Positions 32,105 to 44,100 of a DNA stretch of 64,000 bases are shown here, in pieces. The notes under the pieces were generated by a model that searched no databases, had not been told where the DNA came from, and was given only the letters and a program-made list of their open reading frames with translations. The position numbers were made by a program, and so were the translations under genes. The stretch spans positions 5,704,001-5,768,000 of the forward strand of contig CM102285.1 of assembly GCA_046563655.1 (NCBI GenBank), written 5' to 3'. Position 1 is the stretch's first letter, and each line of letters begins with the position of its first letter. This DNA is from Yuukianura sp. NJ FZ-2021. Lineage: Eukaryota.

Positions 32105-35100
32105 ATGTCGAACAACGTTGAGACAAATCCCTTTACGCTGTTGGGTGTCACTAAAGATTCGTCAGAACAGGAAGTACGTCGTGCTTACCATCGACTGATC
32201 CGTGGACTGCATTCGGACAAGCGAAAAGACAAAGATGCTGCCAAGGAAGAACTGGCGAAACGAGTAACACAAGCCTACAATGCTTTGAAAGAGGCTGATG
32301 ATGCTGCCAAAGAAAAATTTGCGTCAACCGCCCCAAACAATACCGTCAAAGTTTCAAATTGCCTTGTGGACAAATCAATTTCCGAAAGATTTCGGCGCCT
32401 CTTTGCAGCTAACTTGGAAGCCTCACAAAACATCAACTTCCGTGACAACTTTTGCAGTTTTTATAGCGACGTATTTGCAGCAGTGGAATTACCACAATCC
32501 GTGGATTTGAAAATGTTCTATTGCCAAATATGCTTTCAAGGACATCATGCCGAACGCTGTCCATTTTCAGACCAATTTACAAGCTACTTGGGTTTCTTTG
32601 GAGATCAAGATGGGTTTATGCCTTACCTCAAGAACTTATTTGGGGATGACCTGGATTTCATGGAAGCGGAAGTCGCCATCGAAGCCGATGAGTTTTCTAG
32701 CACTGGAGAGGTCACCAATGAATTTTTGATGGTCAAAGGCCAACTTTACATGGAAAAGAAAAACCGCCTAAAGGCTTTGAAGTACTTGTTGCCTCTGCTC
32801 AAGTGCTGTCTTACAGAAGGAAATGGACAATTGGCACTTGAAACGTTGCGGGTGATGCTTCCACGGACCAAGTTTGTAAATTCAGTAAAGCTGCTGGTGA
32901 CAGAAAGGCCAAAAATGGTCGGGAACTGTGTTGCCCTGGCAACATTATTTTTTGAAGAAATGGAAGCGTCATTGGACATTTTGAAGAAAATTGACATGCT
33001 TATGGAAGCCACTGGGGCGGTAATTGGAGTTCCATGGGAGAAATTCAATGTAAAAAATTGCGTCATTGGGTTTCCTATTGCCTTACATGTTCTACATCAG
33101 GTAAAAATAAAAATATGTTATTAAATAACAAATTTAATCTAAATTATGCAATTTTATCATCTTCAAAAAAAAAGCTTCGAATTAACTACTTTTAAAAAAA
33201 CTCATTCATAACATCTTCCAAACGCTATTTGAAATTTAAGTTATATTGGCTAGGCAAAAACCACTTTGTTAATATTCTGAAATCTCTTTCTGTGAAGGAT
33301 TCTGTTCAAAACACGGCTGGCTACATAAAATACTCGAATTTGTTATGGAATGACTGGATTCCATTGCTTTTGAAACACTTGGTGTACCAAGGCGACTTTT
33401 TATTGGCCATCAAATTGGCAACGTTTTCGAAAAGTGCTGTTGCTGTTCTTGAGTTTCTAACCAAAAACAGGTACGTTAAATTACTACTGTTATAACAAGC
33501 AAAGACCGGAAAATTGAGATAAACCTGTTTTATGACTTTAAAATTTTTTAAAAAATATGAATTATATTTTAAGGATAAAATCTTGTGGAAACTATTATTC
33601 ACCTCTTTCGACCATTTTTCAGCCAAACTTTACGCGTGTTTTGGAGTTTTTTCTCCTAAAAAGTTCATTTCGTGCCAAGTCATTCTGCAAAAGTGAAAAA
33701 TGTGGCTATGGAACACTTCGAAATGTCTGTTGCGTCACATTTTGTACTGATAACTCAAACAATATTTATAGTTTGTCTATTTTTAGAAGGCGGTTTTCAA
33801 ATTTGAAAAAATTTCAGTCGCCTTATTATCAGTTAACATAGAAATTATCAATTTTGTGAAATTTTGTATACAAACCTAATGGAGACAGTGTTTTTGAAAA
33901 ACTGAGTTTTGCCATAAGCGTCGCAATGGAAGCGAAAAAATCAACGAAACAAACCCGCCTTCTAAAAATAGACAAACTATAGTAAATGGCTAGATCTTTG
34001 TAGTTTTTGGAAATTTTTTGGGAATTTGTTGGCTTTTGTTTTTGAGATTTTAAAGTTCTTAAAATGCTATTTTTTTTATAACTTTCTTTTCCGGCCTATC
34101 ATTATTTTGTTTAGGCCACTTTCTTATTTCAAGTCGTTCATTTTTGTACATCTGCAGAATCATCGGACAGGGAAAGATCAGAATTCAAAAAGGAATCAAG
34201 TTTCATGGGAAAATGCTTGTACTGAAAGGTATATCTCACTTCCACCGTGGAGAAATTGCAGAAATGGTCACATCTTTTGAAAACGCTGTTCTCAACGTTC
34301 CTCAGGATCTTGACATAAAAAATGGCGTTGCACAGTTTCTGACCAGTGATGCTTCTATTCACGAACGAATCTTGGCCCATGTCTGCTTACAATATGAATG
34401 GCTCAGGAGCTTGTCTTTTTGTGGCACAGAGGTCTCCGACAAGGAACTCATGACAAAGTGTAGTACCATTTTCTGCCACACCGAACCAGTCGTCGGCATT
34501 TATGCACAGTCGTACGGCCTTCCAGAAATGAGCGACATTGTTTCTTACGAAAAGGATATTCTCGGCCGAGAAGATAGCAACGGAGATCAGAATCGAAATC
34601 AAACCTTTTATGCAGAACAAGGCTTTAGTTACCTTGACTTGGCGTTGATTACTGACAGCATTGCTCCCCGCATTGCGTGTTTCGTTATGGCGGCCAACAG
34701 CTTCGTAAAAGCAATGACACAGGCACCACAGAATGACATTCCGAGACAATTCGCTTACCGTGCAATCATCCAGGAAGCAATGGACAACCTTGGCGGCTTC
34801 AATTTGCACAATTGTTCTCCAGAAATTATGCAGTATATACTCAGATGTCGACTCACGTTCCAATATCAAGCTGATCGTCGCTTTTCTCAAATTTTGACTA
34901 AACGGAAGGTTTTTGAACAAGGGATTCTCCAACACTTTATCGATATCAGCGGAAACGCAGCAGAAACTGCAACTTCTATGTTTCAACAAATTGTAAATTT
35001 GCGCAAACTCTCACCACTTTCAGATTGCTCAATTTACACAGTCTACGACACTGTTTTGGTTGAAGCCGCTTATTGCAAATGGCTCAATGCCTTTTTGATT

Positions 35101-38100
35101 GCTCGATGTGAGCAGGCGCAACAAGAGAGCTTGAATTGCCCGCAATTCCTTTTCAAACATTTTCTCTTCAATGCCGTTTGGAAAGAAAGATCAGAAATTC
35201 CGAACTTGGAGGAATTCGAGCCAATGGAAACCGAAGTAGATCCGAACCAAACCGCACAAAAACGTCCCGTACAGGATTCAGCCTTTTTCCAACACACAAG
35301 AGAAGGTAGCATCTCCGCTTTAGCGGCAACTCGCGGCTACGACCCACTGGAAATCGAACACATGATGTGCTGGACGCCGCTGCGACGCGACGAGTTTGGA
35401 TTTCTGGATACACACGATCGCAGTTTGGATTTTGGCGGGAAGGCGGTTTACACACGTTTTGCAGGCAAGGTTGCTATAGCGCCCATTTATACAAATACGG
35501 TAACAGGTTATGCTATAACTCCGATTTTAAAAAATTCAAAAGAAAACACAAATTTTGAAGCTATGTTGGACCAATCCCATTCCCAACTGTACATGGCGCG
35601 AGGTTAACAAGTCGCAAAATTTTTTTTTAAAAACAACAGTTTTTGAAGAATAGGAGTTATTACATAACCTGTTAAGAAAAAATTAACAAAATTTGGATTT
35701 AAAAACTTTGGTTTGTAGGAGTGCGAATTGACGCCAACAGTGGATTCTATGAATGGCTACTGGAACCAGCAGTCGCGGGAGATCCTAAACGTCCTGCCTT
35801 GTTCACTGCAGCGGACATTGCGGAAATATTGGAGTGTGAAATTGATTCAGCTTTTATAAGTTTTGAGGAATGCTCTAACAAGTGGATGGCTCCACATGAT
35901 CGTTTGACTTTACCGTACCATCCTTTCTTCGACGTCAATTTCGAACCCGCAAATATTTGTGGAACCAATTACCTTATGACGCTTTACCATTTGGATTTGT
36001 TAGCCAAAGTTTTAACTACTGGACAAGAAATGAGCGCGCATTATCCATTTGAATTTTGCAGTAGCGAGAGGCTTCTGGACGGACTACCGAAAACCGTTCG
36101 AGAAATCTTGCAACCAATTGGACCACGCAAAACCGTCCGACGCCTCAAACCCTATGAACACATCAACCGTTTTTGGTTTCAAATTGAAAATGTTGAGTCA
36201 AATATGATTCACGGAAGTTCAAATGTTACGTCTTTTGTGTACGGAGATGCAGAAGTGACCTTGAATACACAACTTATGCTACGTGACCCGAATACCCTCG
36301 AGACTAAAGATGCTGAAAATAACGAAAACTCTCCTGAGAAGGAATTTGTGCGGGGATTTAACTCCAACATGACCGCCATGGAAGAAATTTTTCTGCTTCT
36401 GCGCCGTGTCAAAGAATTGGCCAAGATTTCTGCTGCGTGTGAACAACTTATTGCAAACAGGGCAGCACTGTGCGACGCAACAAAGTTTACACATGCAAGC
36501 AAGTTTAAGGCAATGTTCGATACAAAGTATCTCATTGGGCAGAGGAAACCATACTCAAATTGCGTCTATGAAAAACTGATAGGAAGCGAAACAAAAAAAC
36601 GTTGCAATTGTTGTAACTGGGTTCCAGCAGCTTTTCATGAAATGAAAGTGACGGATGAGCAGAAACTAGAATTTTTATTTGGGAACAGATTTGGAAGGGG
36701 GGGACTAAACGCTGTGACGGCAGAAGCTCTACCCAAGTTGACCTTTGGAAACGGTACGGGGTCATTTGAAAAAGAAGCAGGCAGTAGAGATGAAAATAAA
36801 AAAAATGGCAACCAGGAGAGCACGTCAAGTGGGACTATTCAGTGGAATATGATGGAACAGTAAGTATATTCAGCTTCAACTCACGGCGCGTAAAATTTTA
36901 AACTTTCGGAATCATAAATCTTTTTTTTTTTAAACTTCTGAGGGAAAACAATCAAATGTGTCCCGGAACCTTACCAAAAACCTAATCTGCGAATTCCTTT
37001 TCAGTTACCGTATTTTCTCGCAGATAAGCCGCTCTCGCGCATAAGCCGCAGTCTCAAAACCACATATAGATATGAGAGCGGGAAAAACACGAGTTTGAAC
37101 CCACATATTTATGTTCAACAACCCTTAACTTTGTTTTAAAGTCTAACCAACCATTTACATTATTTATAATCGTTTTGACCATGGATCCTAAGCCAAAGTT
37201 GCGACGAAATTCGTACACTGCTGAGTTCAAGCTTCTGGTTTGTCAAAGAGCTGCAGTGATTGGCAACCGTAAGGCTGCTCGTGAGTTTTCGATCAACGAA
37301 CGCAGTGTCCGAGCTTGGAGAAAAATGGAACTCGCATTGACAAAAATGAAGAAAAAACGACGGTCGTTACGTAGAGGGCTACCAAAATGGCCTGAATTGG
37401 AACGTGAATTGAACAAATGGATTCGTGACAAGCGGGACGCGAAAGCGCGAGTGACTGGGACTGCGGTCAGGTGACAAAAAAATTTGAACTTCGGTTGGAC
37501 AACCACTTCCAGAAGACTGGTCCGAAAAACTGGAACTTTTTAGGGCGTTTAGTGTAGTCTTAGATGGCCTCAAAACACTTTCACACATTATTAAAAATGC
37601 TTTTTCACGAATTTCCAAAAAAAAAAAATCCCTCATTCCAAATTTTCTGAAATTTCACAGATAAGCCGCGGCTTATCTGCGAGAAAATACGGTAATTCCT
37701 TTTCCTATTTGCTTTCAACCTTAGATTTGCAAACGCAAGATATAAAGTTTTACGGTACACAAATATTTCAACAAAATGATATCAGCATTAGCGGTTCCAT
37801 GTCATAACAGCCAAATGAAAAAGAGCCAATTTCCAAAAGAGTCAATGTTATAATAACCAATTCTGAAAGCGCCGATCGTTCAAATGGATCAAGACACCTA
37901 CAAACTGATTACATTTTGAGTCAAATTGTATTACATTTGCTAAACAAACCTTACCTTAATTAAATAAACCTTAAAAGTACTATACACTTGTTAGTTCGAT
38001 GTTCCTAAAATCGGCTAATATTGGAATGAGCAAATGAGCTCTGATGTTTACGGCTCTTTTTTAAGCTGCGGCTCGTTTTGATTGGCTCTTTTCTTCTCGG

Positions 38101-41100
38101 CACTTTTTGATTTGGCTGTAATATCTGCTACGAGCTTTATCTACTAATGTTAGTCCTACCCAAGGTAAATAGGATAATACTAGGTAGTGCGAACAGAAAG
38201 TTTGTTAGGTTGCTACGGCATTTTTTATGACGTCACTCGTTGGAAAATAACGTAATCGTCAGATTAAAATCTTACTCGCTTATCTAAACAACGCAAGCGT
38301 TATAAGGGTTTCTACAGGACACGATCGTTATTCACGTATTCCGGTATTTTCTCAACGAGTGATGTCACAAACAAAAACTGCATGGGTGATTAGGATGCTG
38401 CTTAGGGGCTGACTCTTAACGATTTTGATTAACTTTTGATTTATAGGTACAAAGTCTACGGGGGCGTACTGATGCGTGGAAATGTGAAGCAAGTGCCAAG
38501 ATTGACGTCTGGAGGTGTTGGAAATAAGGCCATTTTTTTAATTTCGAATATTTTGGGAAATTTGAGAAAACGGCGCTAAATATATTTCAAAAGGGATAGC
38601 GTCCGTTTCTGTTTCGACTGCTAGTGGAAAAAGAGGGAACTTGACTTTTTTAGTAGTAAGTACTAGAAGATCCGATAAGCAGTAAAGAATTTGGGCTCTA
38701 ATTAGGTTCTCAATTTGATTAATTGGTTTGATTGATTTAAAGGTTAAATAAACATAAACAAATCAAAGATCAGTTCAGACTTTCCAGTTTTCATTAGTCG
38801 AGGGTTAAAGTGTCCGAGATTTGATAGCCACTGATCAACGGGTAGTTGATCTGTGCCTAAGTTGAAATTGGCTCGTTTATTCAACATTTTGGTGACCCTG
38901 GCCGGACTACTTGTGGCTTTAACCTTGACACGGGATATTGGAACCTGCTAATTGACGGAAGTGGATCGATCATCACTTAAAACAATTGTTTACATCGAGG
39001 CGTATCCCTGCCGGAGTGGGATTGATTGAGGTGATATCTTTCCAATTGATATTGAGATTGATCATAACTAATCGAGGATCTTTGTTTTGAATTGGATTGA
39101 CGGAGCCATACCTGATCGGACTTACGGGAAACAAATTGATCTGACGTTACGAGACTTGGAATCTACGTACTTCAATTAAACCAAACGTTTACGTCGAGGT
39201 GCATCCCTACCGGAACGGGATTGAACCAGGTACAGATCGTTCTGTACTAATCGTTGGTACCTGGTAACTAATCGTTCGTTATTTCTTCTTTTATTTGCAC
39301 GAACGATGGATAAACTGAAGAAAGAAAGAAGACTACTTCGGTCAGCTGTCACGAAACTGGTTAACTCTCTCAATTTGGAACTGGAGAAGGAGAAGAAAGA
39401 CAATTCACAATTGGAAACCATTCTCGCAGTACTTGAAGGCCAGTTTATCAAACTGAACGAAGCAGATGACACTGTCAAGTCCATGATGTTGGATTCCGAT
39501 TCAACAACGGATGAGATGCTGGATGAAGAATTGACACACACTCAAGAGTATCAATTGAAAGTGAGTGCTGTGCGTGTCAGAGTCAACGCTATCTTCTATC
39601 CACAGTCACATCACAGCAGTGTGCATGACCCAAGTGAAAACTGCTCAACCACACATCGGCAGAAAACGATCAAGTATCCTAAAATTGAACTTGCTAAATT
39701 CGGAGGAGACTTGAAAGACTGGCTCGGGTGGTGGGGGCAATTCGAAAAGATTCACTTGGATGAAGATTTGGATGAATCTGATAAGTTCACTTATCTGATT
39801 CAGAGCATGGAGAAAGGATCAAGGGCTGAGGAATTGATCAAGGGCTACCCTCAATCGAAGAAAAATTATCAGAAGGCGATTGAGGCCTTGAAAAATCGTT
39901 TTGGGAAAACGAAACTCCTGCAGCAGTACTACGTACGGGAAGTCATCTCCATGATTTTACTTCGTGTTCGTGAGAAAGTGACCTTGTCTTCATTGTACGA
40001 CCGTCTGATTTCACATCTTCGTTCGTTGGAGTCACTTAATTTGTCGGTGGAGGCCATGGAAGTAGTTTTGTTCCCGATGGTGGAATCAAGTCTGCCGGAG
40101 GAGATTTTGGTCGCATGGCAACGGAGTCCGAATTTTGGTGCCGACGGATCCGTACTAACACCACCGAAGACTGAAATGGATTTCCTTATGGATTTTCTTC
40201 GTTTGGAAATTGAAAATGAAGAACACCGAAAATTGGCACGGAGCGGCTTCGAATCAGCTGACAAGAAGAAAGAAACCAGAAAAGTCAAGTCAACTGAAGA
40301 AAATTTTCCTACCGCTGCCGGTCTCTTCAGTGGAAATTCAAAACCATCGTGCGTCTTCTGTGACAAGTCACATTCGTCCAAAGACTGCTATGCAGCACTG
40401 AAAATGACGAAGGACGAACGTAGTGACAAGTTGAAGAAGAAGGGGGCCTGTTTCGTTTGCCTAAAACCGGGGCATATGTCCAAATCATGTAAGGCGAACA
40501 TTAAGTGCCCATTGTGTACAAAACGTCACGAGCTACTACAGTGTCCGCAGAATCCGAGGAATAGTCAGAAGGACGAACAGAAGAAAACGGATGTCACTAC
40601 ACAGTCTAACCTCAACTGCACTAATGAAGTCATTCTACAGACGATGATGGTTAGACTAGTGAATCCCTCAAGTCAGAAGACGAAGACTGTTCGAGTCCTA
40701 ATTGACTGCGGGTCACAACGGAGTTACCTCCTGAAGAAGACGGCATTGGATTTGAACTTGAAACCAATTGACACTCTCTCAATTAATCATCAGTTGTTTG
40801 GTGGGACGGAAGTTCGTAATGTGCCTCATTTTGTTTACGACTTCCAGGTGCAGAGTGTTCACGGTTCGTTTTGTCTAAATGTGAAAGTGATGGACCATGA
40901 ATCATTGTGCGGATCGTTACCCCGTGTAACGAAAGGTCCATGGATGGGGAGCTCAAACGACTCGGAATTTTTGTCAATGACTTAGATGAGCGTAACCCCA
41001 GTGAAATTGAATTATTACTTGGTGCTGACATTTTAGGTGACATTTTAACGGGGAAGATCCAGCGTTTGCAGAACGGCCTCACTGCTACAGAAACTCAACT

Positions 41101-44100
41101 TGGATGGGCAGTGATGGGGGAAATTGACAGACGGAAAGTGTCCAATGAACTAATTATGTCTGTTTTTTCTATGACAGTTTCCAATTCAACCGTCAGCCAA
41201 CTCTGGAGTTTGGACACACTCGGTATCCGTGACCCTGTGGAGAAAATGTCAAAAGAACAACACGAACAGGAAGCACTGGAACATTTTCAGAAGACCGTGA
41301 GTCGTGATCAGACTGGGAGATATTCTGTCAGACTTCCGTGGATTAGTCAGACTCCAGTGCTACCGTCAAATCGTGAAGTTGCGATGAAACGACTAGAGAA
41401 CACGACCCGGAAATTGATGTCAAATGGAAAATACTCAGACTACGAGAAAGTTTTCAACGATTGGGAGGCTGAGGGGATCATTTCCGTGGTCAAGGATGAA
41501 GCAGACGGTGGGAAGATGAAGTGTCATTTTTTACCTCATCGTGCTGTCTTCAAAAACAGTGTCACCACTCCAGTTCGTCCCGTTTTTGATGCATCGTGCA
41601 AAGTGGGAAGATACCCGTCTCTCAACGAATGCCTGGAGAAAGGTCCGAATCTTCTGGATCTCATCCCGTCAATTTTACTTCGATTTCGGATGGGGAAAAT
41701 TGGGATCATCGCAGATATTCGGAAGGCATTTCTGATGATAGAAGTTCATCCACAAGACCGGGACTTTATCAGATTCTTGTGGTGGGACGACTCGGAACGC
41801 AAGAACGTCAAAATCTACAGGCACAACCGAGTGGTGTTTGGTATGAACTGTAGCCCATTCTTGTTGGGAGCAGTTATTTTTCACCACTTGAACCAACATC
41901 ACAGCGAAAATCCATCGGTCAAGGTATTTGACCCACTTGGATTTTGGTCACCAGTACTCATCGTTCCAAGGATCCTCATGCAACAGGCGTGGATGGAAGA
42001 CAAAAATTGGGACGACGAGGTGACTCCTAACATCGTGAACGAATTTGTGAATTGGTCAGTTGAACTCTCTCAAGTCATGGACAAAGTCAAATTACGCAGA
42101 GATGTCAGTGGAGACACAATCAATGACTTTGGCAATTACCAACTTCACATTTTCGGAGATGCCAGCAAGAAAGCCTACGCTACAGTAGTGTATTTGCGAG
42201 TGGAAACCAAGGAAGGTGTCAAAGTTCATCTTCTACAGGCAAAATCCAGAGTTGCTCCTATCAAGGGAGCTTCAATTCCACGTCTCGAGCTACTCGCATG
42301 CACCATATCGGCAAGACTGGCTATGTCAGTGAAGATGGCCCTGAATTTGGACAACGTCCCATGCTACTTTTGGTCAGATTCGACTACTGCACTTTCCTGG
42401 ATCAAGAGAAGCAACGAATGGGGGACTTTCGTAGGAAACAGGGTGAAGGAGATTTGCCAGTTGACTCAGTCATCACAGTGGCACCACATTCCAGGGATAC
42501 ATAATCCAGCCGATTTACCTTCCAGAGGTATCACCCCCACCAAGTTTGTCGAGTCGAGATGGTGGGAAGGACCTGGGTGGCTTCGACTGCAAAAGGAATT
42601 GTGGCCACTGGCAGAAGAACCAACAGACAAGGAAGCAGTCGATCAGGAGAGGAAACGGGGAATCTCGACTCTCAACGTTACTGCTGATTTTAGGCCTTGG
42701 TACGTAGTCAAAAATAATTACAGTTCTAATCTCCGTGTTTTGGCTTTTATTTTTCGGTTCCTGAACAATACACGGAAGATTGGACAACGAGAGAACAGTA
42801 TACGACCAACGGCAGAAGAATTAGACTGTGTGGAACGACGATTCATCAAAATTGTGCAGTTGGAATCGTTTTCTACTCAGAAAAGTGTCATCGAAGGACT
42901 CAGAGTGGAGAAGGACACAGACGAGATCATCAGAGTGAAAACTAAGATTACCAACCGTCAAGACAGTGATTTGTTCCGTCGCCCTATCTTACTGCCAAAC
43001 TTTCATCCATTCGTGACTTTGATCATTATGGAGACCCACGAACTGAATTCTCACGGTGGGACTCAGCTGATGATGGCTAAACTACGAGAGAAGTTTTGGA
43101 TTGTTCAAAGTCGCAGAGCCATCAAGAAAGTCATCCGGAAGTGCGTGCGATGTACCAGATTTGACGGAAGGAAGGGAGAGACCAGAATCTGCCCGCTACC
43201 GGAACCAAGAGTCAGAGACGCAAAAGCATTTGAGGTCACTGGGATTGACCTGGCAGGCCCTCTGACACTTAAGAACAAAGACAAAGTTTATATTGTGCTT
43301 TTTACTTGTGCTGTGTACCGTGCCATTCATTTGGAGTTGGTTGAATCTCTGTCAACTGAAGACTTTATTTTGTCTTTTATTAGATTCATCAAGAGAAGAC
43401 AGAGACCAACTATCGTCTACACAGACAACGGCACCAACTTCGTCGGAGCGGTCAACTTGTTCAAAGGAATCAACTGGGAGTCAGTTGAAAAGAAAACTCA
43501 AGTTCATCGTGTTAAGTGGGTGTTTAACCCTCCATCTGCACCATGGTGGGGAGGATGGTGGGAACGACTGGTCAGAAGCGTGAAGGATCTGCTACGACGG
43601 ATGCTGGGATTCGCCAAATTGACGTACGTGCAATTAGAGACTGCATTATGTGAAGTGGAGTCAGCTGTTAATCATCGTCCACTAACGTACGTCACGGAGG
43701 ACCAGGATGACTTTGTGTCGATTACTCCAGCAATGTTCCTCCACGATCTACCAGAAAGTGAAGTTCCAGAAGCATCGACAGTGAAAGTGTCATCTCTTCA
43801 TGACAAGAAACGACAACTGGGTAAACTACTGGCTGAACTGAAGGAGGCATTTAGAAGTGATTATTTGGGCCAACTTGTTCAGCGTGGTAACGAGAAGCAG
43901 ATTCGACAATTTGAAGTTGGGGAAATCGTCATTGTGGAAATCGACAAGGTGAAGAAGATCCTGTGGCCAATGGCGAAGATTGTCGAGTTGATTCCTGGCA
44001 ATGACGGGGAAATTCGTGTCGCAAAAGTTCGGACCAAGACTGGAATTCTAACCCGTCCAATTCAACGTTTAGTGCCATTGGAAGTGAGGAGGGACGAGCT

